A DNA stretch of 64,000 nucleotides from positions 4,104 through 68,103 of the forward strand of contig JBEKBX010000003.1 in NCBI GenBank assembly GCA_050015175.1, written 5' to 3'. Under the pieces are notes generated by a model, which was not told the origin of the DNA, searched no databases, and worked only from the letters and a program-made list of their open reading frames with translations. The position numbers and the translations under genes are program-made. Below are positions 17,968-27,906 of the stretch, piece by piece (within the stretch, counting starts at the first letter, position 1; each line of letters opens with the position of its first letter). This DNA is from Acidimicrobiales bacterium. GTDB lineage: Bacteria > Actinomycetota > Acidimicrobiia > Acidimicrobiales > Bog-793.

Positions 17968-19487
17968 ACGCTCCGCTGCCCGCCGGTCGGGCCTTGGGGG
18001 CGCCGCTGCTCGCTCGTGACTTCGAGCCGACCATCTTCGAGTTCTCTTCGCCCGGGCGCCACGCCGCCTCGTTCCGCACCACGGACCTGCCTTCATGGTC
18101 GGCCGAGGAGCTCGTTCCGGAAAGCTTCCGCCAGGGAGAGGCGGTGGCGCTGCCGGAAGTCTCCGAGCGTGACCTCGTCTCGCACTTCACCCGTCTCACC
18201 CACCGTCAGTACTCAGTCGATCTCGGGGCGTACCCACTCGGGTCGTGCACGATGAAGTACAACCCCAAGGCAGCGGACGCCGGTGCATCCCTGCCGGGCT
18301 TCACCCAGGTCCATCCGGCTGCTCCGACCACGTGCACGCAGGGATGGCTAGAGCTCCTCGTCGAGCTCGAGGAGACCCTGTGCGCCGTCACCGGGATGGA
18401 GGCCGCCACGTTGCAACCGGCCGCCGGGGCGGCCGGCGAGCTCACCGGCCTGCTGTTGATGCGTGCCTTTCACGACGCGAACGGCGAGGGCGCCCGCCGG
18501 CGCCGTGTGATCATCCCGGACTCGGCCCACGGCACGAACCCGGCTTCTGTGACGCTCAGCGGCTACGAGGTCGCCACAGTCGGGACGAACGCGCGCGGCG
18601 GGGTCGATCTCGAGGCGCTCCGCGCGTTGCTGGACGACGACGTTGCAGGCATCATGCTCACGAACCCGAGCACCCTTGGGCTGTTCGAGGAGGACATCGT
18701 AGAGATCGCCGAAGCGGTGCACGACGTCGGTGGACTCTTGTACTACGACGGTGCCAACCTGAATGCGATCCTGGGGATCGTGCGGCCGGGAGACATGGGC
18801 TTCGACATCGTGCACCTGAACGTGCACAAGACCTTCGCCACCCCGCACGGTGGGGGAGGGCCGGGCGCAGGTCCGGTGGCAGTGTGCGCCAAGCTGGCCC
18901 CTTTCCTGCCCGGCCCGAGGCCCACGCGTGGCGAAGCCGGCTACGAGCTCAGGATGCCCGAGCGCTCGATCGGGCGAGTGCACTCCTGGCACGGAAATGC
19001 GGTGGTCCTGCTCCGCGCTTGGATGTACCTGCGCCTGAACGGTGGCGACGGCCTGAAGCGGGTCTCGGAGATAGCCGTGCTCAACGCGAACTGGTTCAAG
19101 GAACGCCTCCGCGGGGTATACGACATCGCCTACGACAGGCCCGTGATGCACGAGTGCGTCGTCTCGGCGAAGTCACTTCACCACGAGGTGGGTCTCAGCG
19201 CGCTGGACGTGGCGAAGCGCCTGATGGAACTCGGTTTCCATCCCCCGACGATCTACTTCCCGCTCATCGTCGAGGAGGCTCTCATGGTCGAGCCGACCGA
19301 GACCGAGAGCCCGCAGACCTTGGCCGCGCTCGCGGACGCCTTCGTTCAAGTCGCCCGCGAGTCGCGTGGAGCCGGGAACGCGGATGACGCCAAAGCCGCC
19401 CCGCGAACCACCCCGGTCGGGCGCCTCGATGATGCCCGGGCGGCCCGCAAGCTCGTGGTGACATTCGACCAGCGCCGGGCGGACTAG
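17964..19487 (+). CDS. gcvPB: glycine dehydrogenase (aminomethyl-transferring) subunit 2
   Basis: PLP-lysine context HLNVHKTFATPHGGGGPGAGPV, and SAHGTNPAS. Confidence 0.9.
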   Translation: MNAPLPAGRALGAPLLARDFEPTIFEFSSPGRHAASFRTTDLPSWSAEELVPESFRQGEAVALPEVSERDLVSHFTRLTHRQYSVDLGAYPLGSCTMKYNPKAADAGASLPGFTQVHPAAPTTCTQGWLELLVELEETLCAVTGMEAATLQPAAGAAGELTGLLLMRAFHDANGEGARRRRVIIPDSAHGTNPASVTLSGYEVATVGTNARGGVDLEALRALLDDDVAGIMLTNPSTLGLFEEDIVEIAEAVHDVGGLLYYDGANLNAILGIVRPGDMGFDIVHLNVHKTFATPHGGGGPGAGPVAVCAKLAPFLPGPRPTRGEAGYELRMPERSIGRVHSWHGNAVVLLRAWMYLRLNGGDGLKRVSEIAVLNANWFKERLRGVYDIAYDRPVMHECVVSAKSLHHEVGLSALDVAKRLMELGFHPPTIYFPLIVEEALMVEPTETESPQTLAALADAFVQVARESRGAGNADDAKAAPRTTPVGRLDDARAARKLVVTFDQRRAD

Positions 19488-19563
19488 GACGCCACGTCGG
19501 CTCTGGATCGAGGGCGCCATCGCCACCGGGAGGATGAAACCGGGGCAGGACTAACCTCAGGGC

Positions 19564-19917
19564 GTGGGTCGCGCGTGGTTTTCACGTCGGGCGGTCCTGC
19601 TGCATCTGACCGCGCTCGTGGTGGTCCCTGGCTGTCTGGCCCTCGGATGGTGGCAGTTGCATCGCGCCCTGTCGGGCAACACACTCAGCTGGGCTTATAC
19701 CGTCGAGTGGCCGTTCTTCGCGGCCTACGGCGCGTACATGTGGTGGAGGATCGTCCACGAGCAGCCGACGGGGGCCTCGCCGAAGCCGTCGCGCCCGGCA
19801 GAGGACGCGCCTTTGCCAAGCGGGCCGGACCAGTCCGAGGAGGACGACGAGGAGCTCGCCGCTTACAACCGTTACCTGGCCGAGCTGCACGCCGCGGACG
19901 AGCACAAGCTACGTTGA
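19564..19917 (+). CDS. small membrane protein, hypothetical
   Basis: Two predicted TM segments (LLHLTALVVVPGCLALGWW, WPFFAAYGAYMWW) and an acidic C-terminal tail. Confidence 0.5.
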   Translation: MGRAWFSRRAVLLHLTALVVVPGCLALGWWQLHRALSGNTLSWAYTVEWPFFAAYGAYMWWRIVHEQPTGASPKPSRPAEDAPLPSGPDQSEEDDEELAAYNRYLAELHAADEHKLR

Positions 19918-19924
19918 GAGGTTC

Positions 19925-20275
19925 GTGGACCAGGCCAGGCGAGCGACACTCATCCGCTACCGGGTGATGGCATACGTCGTCGGCGTCGGCCTGCTGGTGC
20001 TCGTACTCGTCGGTGTGCCACTCCAGTACGCGGCCGCCAAGCCGGCTGTCGTCCAGGTCGTCGGCCCGATCCACGGGTTCTTGTACATCGTCTACCTCGT
20101 GACTGTGGCCGATCTCGCCCACCGGTTCCGGCTCGGTCTCGGCCAGGTGATCGCACTGGTGGCAGCGGGATTCGTGCCTTTCCTAGCGTTCGTCGCCGAG
20201 CGGTGGATGACGCGGCGCGTCGCCGCGCAGGGCGCCGATCTCACCAGAGGGACGCATGTCCCAGGAAGGCGCTGA
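19925..20275 (+). CDS. DUF3817-like membrane protein
   Basis: The pattern YRVMAYVVGVGLLVLV..GVPLQY...GPIHGFLYIVYL...VPFLAF..ERW is typical of DUF3817. Confidence 0.6.
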   Translation: MDQARRATLIRYRVMAYVVGVGLLVLVLVGVPLQYAAAKPAVVQVVGPIHGFLYIVYLVTVADLAHRFRLGLGQVIALVAAGFVPFLAFVAERWMTRRVAAQGADLTRGTHVPGRR

Positions 20276-20286
20276 GAGATGCGGCA

Positions 20287-21204
20287 ATGAGCGGGGACAT
20301 CTTCGTGGAGTCCGGGGCACTGGGCAGGCCCGCCGCGATCGTCCACGGTGGCGCCGGGGAGTTCGTGCGGGCGCGGTCGCCGTCCCAGCTCGCCCGGCTC
20401 GAGGAAGGCCTTTCCGACGCGCTCGAGGCTGCGTGGGAGGTGCTGGGGGCAGGCGGCCGCGCCCTGGATGCCGTCATCGAAGCCGTCGCGTGCATGGAAA
20501 CCTCGGGGATCTTCAACTGTGGCAGGGGTGCCGTCGCCACTTCGCAAGGCACGGTCGAGACCGACGCAGCTGTCATGGACGGAACGACCGGACGCTTCGG
20601 GGCGATCTGTGCTGCGACATGGCCGGAGAGCCCTGTGCGCGCCGCCCGGGCAGTCATGGTACTGGGAGGACCCGCCGAGGGACCGGTCCTGCTTGCCGGC
20701 GCCGGCGCCGACCGGTTCTGTGAGAGTGCGGGCCTGCCTGCGATGGCCCCGGCCTTGCTGTGCGGCGAAGGGGTCGTGCCGATCTCCCGCAGCGGGACGG
20801 TGGGCGCGGTCGCCCTGGACGATGACGGCCATCTCGCCACCGCCACGTCCACGGGCGGGCGTCTCGGCAAGCTGCCCGGGAGGGTTGGCGACTCACCGAT
20901 CGCCGGGGCGGGAACATGGGCAGACGACCGGAGCGTCGCGGTTTCGGCAACCGGCGAGGGCGAGTCTTTCCTCGTGGCCGGCTTCGCCCACCGGGTCGAC
21001 TGGTGCGTCATGGAGGGAGCCCCGCTCAAAGCGGCCCTGACCGACGCGCTGGAGTCGGTCCGCTCACGAGGGGGTCATGGCGGCGCGATCGTGCTTGCGA
21101 ACGATGGCGGTTTCGCCGTCGCGTTCGATACATCAGCCATGGCACGCGCCTGGCGCGGCCAGGTTTGCTCGACGGTCCGAGCTCTTCGGCCCCGGGAGGA
21201 GTGA
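20287..21204 (+). CDS. isoaspartyl peptidase / L-asparaginase (Ntn hydrolase)
   Basis: Track ORF trimmed to ATG 20287. Motifs: HGGAG, the autoprocessing site GTVGAVALDDDGHLATATSTGG, and GDSPIAGAG. Confidence 0.8.
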   Translation: MSGDIFVESGALGRPAAIVHGGAGEFVRARSPSQLARLEEGLSDALEAAWEVLGAGGRALDAVIEAVACMETSGIFNCGRGAVATSQGTVETDAAVMDGTTGRFGAICAATWPESPVRAARAVMVLGGPAEGPVLLAGAGADRFCESAGLPAMAPALLCGEGVVPISRSGTVGAVALDDDGHLATATSTGGRLGKLPGRVGDSPIAGAGTWADDRSVAVSATGEGESFLVAGFAHRVDWCVMEGAPLKAALTDALESVRSRGGHGGAIVLANDGGFAVAFDTSAMARAWRGQVCSTVRALRPREE

Positions 21205-21273
21205 GCGGGGGACCGTTCACAAAGTGCCGGTGACGACGGCTACGGCCCGCGGTGCGGCCTCGGTCTGATCAGC

Positions 21274-23313
21274 CTACGCAGGTGCGATCGCCGGGCCCGG
21301 CGCGAGCACGATGCGGTCCCGTCCCTCGGCTTTGGCCCGGTACATGGCTGCGTCGGCGACATTGACCACCTCGTCGAGGACGGCGCCGTGTCGCGGGAAG
21401 AACGCCACCCCTATCGAGGCGGTCACGCGCGGTACGCCGTGTCCCGGCGCAGGCAGTTTCGCGAGAACCTCCCGCACCGCTTCGGCGACCCGCAGGGCGC
21501 CGGCCTCGTCGGTGTTGTGGAGCATCAGGAGGAACTCCTCGCCACCGTAACGAACGGCTGCGTCGCCGTTGCGGAGTGTGCCCTGTATCGCACGTCCCAC
21601 GTTGCGGAGCAGGGCGTCACCGGCCATATGACCGCACTGGTCGTTGACCCGCTTGAAGTGGTCGAGGTCTAACAGGAGGATTCCCATCTGAGTCCCGGCA
21701 CGGCTGGAGAGAGCGGCTTCGCGCGTCGCCAGTTCGTCCCACCAGCGGTGGTTGAGCAGTCCGGTCAAGGTGTCGGTCATCGCGCGCAGCTCCAGCTCCG
21801 CGTACAGCTGCGCGTTGCGCCAGGCGGCAGCCGTGATGTAGCCGAAGAGGGCACAGCGCTCGAGGTCCTCTTCGGTGAACTGGTTCCGGCCGTTGCGCCA
21901 CATGTCTATGACTCCGAGCCGGTGGTCGCCCGCGATGAGGGGTACGACGAGGAGGGACTCCTCCAGGGTCGACTCGTCCTGTCCGGGGATCGACACGGCT
22001 TCGGAGTGGCTGCGCGTGTCCGGGCAGTTGTACGGGTAGCCGCGCAGGAACGCCCAGCCCGTGATCCCCCTGTCCATCGAGATGTCCATTTCGTTGAGCC
22101 CAGCGAGCTCTTCGCCGGCGAGGACGCGCGCTCGGAGCCGGTACCGGTCCCAGTCCGCCTCGAAGATCGCAAACCGATCGGCTCGCACCGTCAGCGGCAG
22201 GCGTTCGGCGGTCACCTGAAGGATCCGGGTTGGATCGTGCTCGGCCTGCATCAGCCGGGCGGCCTCCCCCAAGGACCACGCAAAGTCCTGGGCATCGAGC
22301 GCCGCCCGCCCGGTGGTCGGCAGTTTGGCGACGAAGGCCGGGGCGTCCAGTGCTTCGCCCGGCGCGGTGAGAACCCGCACTCCTTGCCTGCGGAACCAGG
22401 CGGGCGTGACGACCTCATCTCCGGGCTCCGCCGCTGCTGCATCGAGCACGGCGGGCGACCCCAGGTGCGGGCCGATGCCCAGTCTCACTCCCAGCCCTAT
22501 CAAGCGCTGGGCAATGGCGTCGTCGACGATGCCGCGGAGAATGACGTGCGCATTGAGCCTGGCGCAATAGGCGAGGAGGCCTGCGAGCTCGGCGCGAGCC
22601 CGGATTCCCGTCGACACGTAGTCGGTGTAAGTGGGATCCAAGATCACAAAGCTCGGTATCAGGTCACCCACGGGCCGCCTGCTGAGCACGCCGGGCGCGA
22701 CGTCCGCGAGTGCGACGAGGAATCCCCGATCGCGCAGCTGCTCGACCCTGCGACCGACCAGCTCGGGTTCCTCGAGCGCTGCCGACTCGGAGATCACCCA
22801 GGCGATCTCTCCCGGTGCGACGGCGACGTCGTCGGCCGTGGCCCAAGGGTCGAAGGAATCGTCCCGGAGAAGATCTGCGGTCAGCGGCAGGAACAACAGA
22901 GCGGGACTCGTGTACTGGACGGCCGGCAGCGAGGACCGGATGAACGCGCGTGTGTCGTTGCGCAACGAAGAGCGGGGGAGGGCCTCGTAGCCGAACACCG
23001 TGCGGTCCTGGAGATCCATCACGGGCTGCAGCGCGACGGGAGCAGAACGGCCGGAGGAATCTTTTGGTGGCTCGTCGCTGCCCAGCGCGGACCCTCGCAC
23101 ACACAAAGCGTAGAACGATAAGAGACCCCTCGGGCCCGGGGCCAGGACCCGAGGGGAATTGAGCCCGGGCGAGCCGGCGAGTTGGGGGTAGAGTCCCGCG
23201 ACATGAGCGCCGGGGAGCCTGGTTCGAGGTGTCGCGCCTTGCGGAGGGGTCAGGGTCTGTGACCGCAGACGAGGCGGACGGCCCGGGATCGGGCCTCCGG
23301 GTCGTGTGGTCAA
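21274..23313 (-). CDS. EAL-like (degenerate) - GAF - GGDEF signalling protein
   Basis: N-terminal LQPVMDLQDRTVFGYEALPR (EAL-type start), a central GAF, and a C-terminal GGDEF with RNGD I-site and RYGGEEFLL. This is the maximal ORF. GTG 23100 is a plausible true start, because 23229+ overlaps the divergent gene. Confidence 0.75.
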   Translation of the reverse strand: MTTRPGGPIPGRPPRLRSQTLTPPQGATPRTRLPGAHVAGLYPQLAGSPGLNSPRVLAPGPRGLLSFYALCVRGSALGSDEPPKDSSGRSAPVALQPVMDLQDRTVFGYEALPRSSLRNDTRAFIRSSLPAVQYTSPALLFLPLTADLLRDDSFDPWATADDVAVAPGEIAWVISESAALEEPELVGRRVEQLRDRGFLVALADVAPGVLSRRPVGDLIPSFVILDPTYTDYVSTGIRARAELAGLLAYCARLNAHVILRGIVDDAIAQRLIGLGVRLGIGPHLGSPAVLDAAAAEPGDEVVTPAWFRRQGVRVLTAPGEALDAPAFVAKLPTTGRAALDAQDFAWSLGEAARLMQAEHDPTRILQVTAERLPLTVRADRFAIFEADWDRYRLRARVLAGEELAGLNEMDISMDRGITGWAFLRGYPYNCPDTRSHSEAVSIPGQDESTLEESLLVVPLIAGDHRLGVIDMWRNGRNQFTEEDLERCALFGYITAAAWRNAQLYAELELRAMTDTLTGLLNHRWWDELATREAALSSRAGTQMGILLLDLDHFKRVNDQCGHMAGDALLRNVGRAIQGTLRNGDAAVRYGGEEFLLMLHNTDEAGALRVAEAVREVLAKLPAPGHGVPRVTASIGVAFFPRHGAVLDEVVNVADAAMYRAKAEGRDRIVLAPGPAIAPA

Positions 23314-24920
23314 GGTCTAAGCCGGTACGACTGGCTGTCGAAACCCTGGCCGTACTGGCTGCGTTCAGCGGTCTCGTGGTTCTCCTTTACGCAAGATCGG
23401 CCCACGACCTGGCCGCGACCTCCGACAGGGCGACCATCGTCCTCGAAGGCCAGGCGATGGCCAGCGGTCACCTGCTCCTCCAGGGCTGGAACCTGACTTT
23501 CGCCTCGTACTGGACGAGTGATGCGCCGTTTTACGACGCGGCCATCCGCCTTTTCGGGCTACGGCCGGAACTCCTCTACGCGGGACCTGCGGTCATGGCT
23601 GCACTTGTCGTCATCTCGGGCGTGTTCATCGCCCGAGAGGGTTGCCGGGGCGCGTCGGCGGTCGCCGGGGGCGTCGCCGTCATTGCGCTCCTCGGTCTCG
23701 CCACGCCGGCCATGACGCTCTTTTTCGTCGGAAGGGGGTTCCACATCAGCACGGCGCTGTACGCGCTCTTGGCGTTCGGCGCGCTCAGGCGGGGACGCTT
23801 TGGCTGGGGATGGTTCCTGGCGGTGGTCCTGCTCGCGGCCGGGATGCTCGGAGATCTGCTGCTTGTCGCCTACGCCGTAGTGCCCCTCGTCCTTGCGGGT
23901 GTCGTGGCAGCCCTGCGCCAACGAAGGTGGCAGGGCGCAGTCCCGGACGTCTCCGCCGCTGTCGTCGCCGTGGCGCTCGCCGCTCTCGCGCGCCGGATCG
24001 CAGAGGCCGAGGGCGCGTTCAGGTCGCAGGCGGCGCTTTCCCTAGTGCAGCTAGGCCAGATGTTCTCGAACCTGGGACACATGCCAGGTTATGTGTCGGA
24101 CCTCCTCGGCCTGACGAACGGCCTGCGTCACAATGGGGGAGTCCCATTCGGGCTTCGCGAGGTACATGTCGTGGGTGCACTCTGCGTGCTGGCCTGCCTT
24201 GTGGCCGCTGTGGCAACCCTCGTCGTCGGTGCCCGACGCGGGGTGTCGGGACGGCTCCCTGCGGCCGGGCCCGAGACCTGGCGGCTCGACGACATCCTCC
24301 TGATCGCGGCGGTCTGCTCTGCGGTGTCCTTCGTCGCGCTCGCACGGGCCGACCAGAGCGGGGTCCGCTACCTCACCGTGACAGTCGTGTTCGCCTGCGT
24401 TCTCACCGGTCGCCTGATTGCCCGCGGCTGGTCGAAGCTCCCGCCCGGCGGCCCGGCCCGCGTCCTCGCGGTCGTCGGCGTCGTCGTGTCTCTGGGATTC
24501 GCAGCGGGAGTCGGTTACTCACTCGCCCGGCCTGAGCCGTCTTACCCGGTCACGGCGTTGGTCTCCTGGCTGGAGGCTCACAATCTGCGATGGGGGATCG
24601 GCGACTACTGGGCCGCCAGCATCACGACGGTCCAGAGCAGCGGGGAGGTCATCGTACGGCCGGTGGCGGCCTCGAATGGCGGCGCCATTCAGGAGATGAC
24701 GACCCTGTCGCAGTCGAGCTGGTACACCGGTCAAGAGTGGCAATTCCTCGTGTACAGCAAGCCCGTAATCGACAACGTCGACCTCGACGCTGCGCTTCGG
24801 ACCTGGGGACCACCTACCGAGATCCACGTCATCGGCCCGTACCACGTCCTTGTTTGGAACCATCCCGTGGTGCTCCCGAGTCCCGCACCCGGGCAGATCG
24901 CGGGCATCGAAGGACAATGA
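23229..24920 (+). CDS. polytopic membrane protein, GT-C/ArnT-like glycosyltransferase candidate
   Basis: About 11 hydrophobic segments followed by a soluble C-terminal domain. No sharp motif was recognised and the start is uncertain. Confidence 0.5.
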   Translation: MSRLAEGSGSVTADEADGPGSGLRVVWSRSKPVRLAVETLAVLAAFSGLVVLLYARSAHDLAATSDRATIVLEGQAMASGHLLLQGWNLTFASYWTSDAPFYDAAIRLFGLRPELLYAGPAVMAALVVISGVFIAREGCRGASAVAGGVAVIALLGLATPAMTLFFVGRGFHISTALYALLAFGALRRGRFGWGWFLAVVLLAAGMLGDLLLVAYAVVPLVLAGVVAALRQRRWQGAVPDVSAAVVAVALAALARRIAEAEGAFRSQAALSLVQLGQMFSNLGHMPGYVSDLLGLTNGLRHNGGVPFGLREVHVVGALCVLACLVAAVATLVVGARRGVSGRLPAAGPETWRLDDILLIAAVCSAVSFVALARADQSGVRYLTVTVVFACVLTGRLIARGWSKLPPGGPARVLAVVGVVVSLGFAAGVGYSLARPEPSYPVTALVSWLEAHNLRWGIGDYWAASITTVQSSGEVIVRPVAASNGGAIQEMTTLSQSSWYTGQEWQFLVYSKPVIDNVDLDAALRTWGPPTEIHVIGPYHVLVWNHPVVLPSPAPGQIAGIEGQ

Positions 24921-25157
24921 GGCGCCACTGGCGCCGCGCAGCCCGACGTCCTCACCGGGCACGCGGCGACGTTGCTAGGCTCGTGCGAACATGGCTTCGG
25001 AGCTGCCCGGTCAGCGCCGGGCGGAAGGCTTTGTGTCTCCCGAGTGGATCTCCGATAGGAACGGCACCTGCGCCCTGACACCAGGGGAGGTTCTGGGCAC
25101 GGCCTGTCCAGTCGCAAAGGATATGGGGAGGCCGTCAGGGACGGTGAGGGTGGAAGA

Positions 25158-26189
25158 GTGCCGATCTTGAACTCGGGGTCATGGGTGGTCGTCGGACTGG
25201 ACAATGGCGGCAACTGCAACAGCGCGACAGTGCTGGACGATTCGGGGCGCTTCTTGGTGGAGACGTTGGTCGAGAGCCCGAGCCGCGTCCGGGAAGGGCC
25301 GGAGGTGGCAATTGAAGCCCTTCTCGACTCCTTCGACGGGGTGCTCGACCTCACAGGTGTGGAGCGGGATTCGGTGCGCGCCGTCGGCCTCGGGACACCG
25401 GGGCCCGCCAGTGCCGATGGGGTGATCTCCTCGAAGGGAGCGACGAACTTCTATGAACCGCGCTGGCGCGGGTTCGACATCCGCGGAGCGCTCGAGCGTC
25501 GCTTGGGCGTTCCCGTCCTTTACAACAACGACGGCAACGCCGCTGCGCTCTACGCCCACCACGCGCACTTCGGCCAAGACTGGGCGTCGCATTCGTCGGT
25601 CTCGGCGATCGTCGGCACAGGCCTGGGGGGAGGAGTGATAGAGGCCGGGCACGTGATCTGTGGGGCCGCAGGGATGGCGGGCGAGCTCGGCCATGTCCAC
25701 ATACCGATGCAAGGGCTCCTCGCTGAAGGGCAGCCGATCCCCGAATGCAACTGCGGCTTCGTGGGTGACGTCGAGAGCGTCGCGTCGCTGACCGGGATCG
25801 AGCGCAACCTTCTGCCGTACTGGCTGACGCGCTTCCCGGACCACGAGCTCGCGAGGAAGGGGTCGATAAGGGAGGCGGCGAAGCTCGTCCGAAGCTACGC
25901 GGATTCGGAGGACCCGCTCGCGCTGGAGATCTTCAACCAGCAGGCGATGGCGCTCGGCCGGCTCTTTACGATCGCGGGCAACTTCATCGACCCGGGCGCC
26001 TACTTCGTCGGAGGCGGCGTGGTCGAGGCCTCCCCCCGGTTCCGTGAGTGGTTCCTCGCACGCGTGCGCGAGCACACCCTCCTGCGCCAGGAGCAACTGG
26101 AGGTCGCGGCGTTCGCGCTCATCGCCGACCTGGACATGGCAGGTGCGAGAGGGGCCGCCCTCGCAGCTTTCGACTCGCTCGAGGTCTGA
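25158..26189 (+). CDS. ROK-family sugar kinase/regulator-like protein
   Basis: VVGLDNGGN N-terminal ATPase motif, ROK signature GGGVIEAGHVICGAAGMAGELGH and a CNCG zinc motif. Confidence 0.8.
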   Translation: MPILNSGSWVVVGLDNGGNCNSATVLDDSGRFLVETLVESPSRVREGPEVAIEALLDSFDGVLDLTGVERDSVRAVGLGTPGPASADGVISSKGATNFYEPRWRGFDIRGALERRLGVPVLYNNDGNAAALYAHHAHFGQDWASHSSVSAIVGTGLGGGVIEAGHVICGAAGMAGELGHVHIPMQGLLAEGQPIPECNCGFVGDVESVASLTGIERNLLPYWLTRFPDHELARKGSIREAAKLVRSYADSEDPLALEIFNQQAMALGRLFTIAGNFIDPGAYFVGGGVVEASPRFREWFLARVREHTLLRQEQLEVAAFALIADLDMAGARGAALAAFDSLEV

Positions 26190-26307
26190 TCGGGCCGATC
26201 GCGGGCGCCAGCGGCGTGGCGGACGCGGGGAGCCTTCCGCCCGCCCGCGGTGATACGAGGCGGCTCACGGACCGCAGCATTGCCAAGAGCAGTTACGCTT
26301 TACGACT

Positions 26308-27723
26308 GTGGATGCCCCAGGGCATCGAAACGGCCCTATCCAGACAGCGCAATTCTCGCCCGACGGGTTTCGTCTGGCAGCGGAGTTCATGCCGCACATC
26401 GTGTGGATGGCGACCCCTGACCGGTTGATCGAGTACGTCAACAGCCAGGCCACTGAGTACGTCGGCTTGCCCTCCGAGGACCTGTCCGGGTGGAAGTGGA
26501 TCACGGTGCTGCACCCCGACGATGCCGGTCGTGTCCAGGCGGCCAGGGATCTCGCCGCCAAGACCCATGCCCCTATCGAGCTCGAGTGCCGCCTCAGGCG
26601 CTTCGACGGGCAGTACCGATGGCACGAGATACGTTCCCGTGCGCTGTTGGACGAGGACGGCAGCATCCGCAAGTGGATAGGCACCGCTATTGACATCGAG
26701 GACCTGAAGAGCGCCGAAGCCGGTCTGCGCATCTCCAGGCGCGACGTGGAAGAGGCTCTGATGCTGCTCGAAACCCTGCAGGCCAACGTGCCCATCGGGT
26801 TCAGCCTCGTCGACACCGACTTCCGCTACCTGCGCATCAACGAGACCCTGGCCGAGTCCAACGGCTTGTCGGTTGCCGAGCACATCGGCCGACGCGCCGC
26901 GGACGTCGTACCGGACCTGTGGTCGCAGATAGAGCCTTACTACACGCATGTCCTGGAGACAGGCGAACCAGTCCTGAACGTCGAGATCGAGCGCACCGCA
27001 ACAGACGACCCTTCACAAGTCCGCAGCTGGCTGGAGAGCTATTACGCCGTCACGGTGGAGGGGAAGAACATCGGGGTGGGGGCCATCATCGTCGACGTCA
27101 CCGAGCGCAAGCACGCGGAACGGACGCGATCGGAGCTCACCCAGGCCGCCGCGGACGCCATGGCGGCCATGGTCGAGGTGAGAGACCCTTACACCTCGGG
27201 CCATCAGAGCCGCGTGGCCACCATCGCCTCGGCGATCGCCGTCGAGATGGGGCTCGACCAAGACACTGTCGATGGCATCGATCTCGCGGCACGCATCCAC
27301 GACATCGGCAAGATCGGGACACCCGCTGAGGTCCTGAGCCGCCCCAGTAAGTTGAGCCCGATGGAGTGGGAGCTCATCAAGGTCCACGCCAAAGCCGGTG
27401 CGGACATAATCAAAGGGATCTCGTTCCCATGGCCGGTGGCCGAGACGATCGCGCAACACCACGAGCGCCTGGACGGTTCGGGGTACCCGTCCGGACTTCG
27501 GGGGGAGCAGATCTGCCTCGGGGCACGCATCATCGCCGTGGCCGACACGGTGGAGGCCATGTCGTCACACAGGCCCTACCGCGCCGCACTCGGGGTGGAC
27601 GCTGCAATCGCCGAGATCGTGAGCCAGCGCGGCAAGCTCTTTGACGAGGCCGTGGTGGACGCGTGCGTCGCCCTTGTGCGTAGCGGGCGGATCGGTTTCG
27701 AGACGACCTGGGAATCAACCTGA
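26308..27723 (+). CDS. PAS-PAS-HD-GYP c-di-GMP phosphodiesterase-type protein
   Basis: Two PAS/PAC modules, then HDIGKIGTP ... HHERLDGSGYPSGL. Confidence 0.8.
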   Translation: MDAPGHRNGPIQTAQFSPDGFRLAAEFMPHIVWMATPDRLIEYVNSQATEYVGLPSEDLSGWKWITVLHPDDAGRVQAARDLAAKTHAPIELECRLRRFDGQYRWHEIRSRALLDEDGSIRKWIGTAIDIEDLKSAEAGLRISRRDVEEALMLLETLQANVPIGFSLVDTDFRYLRINETLAESNGLSVAEHIGRRAADVVPDLWSQIEPYYTHVLETGEPVLNVEIERTATDDPSQVRSWLESYYAVTVEGKNIGVGAIIVDVTERKHAERTRSELTQAAADAMAAMVEVRDPYTSGHQSRVATIASAIAVEMGLDQDTVDGIDLAARIHDIGKIGTPAEVLSRPSKLSPMEWELIKVHAKAGADIIKGISFPWPVAETIAQHHERLDGSGYPSGLRGEQICLGARIIAVADTVEAMSSHRPYRAALGVDAAIAEIVSQRGKLFDEAVVDACVALVRSGRIGFETTWEST

Positions 27724-27906
27724 CACTCGGCGTTCTGGACCGTCGTCAACAACGACCTCCGTGCCGAGCTTGCCGGAGAGGAAGTCTGAGAGCCCGTGAA
27801 CGCGCGGAGGCAGGCAAGCCCGGCGGACATCAGTTGGGCCAGACCGGTGGCCTGTCCGTCGTTCCGGTGCAACCGTCCGTAGGCTGACACGAGCGCAGAG
27901 CAGCGC

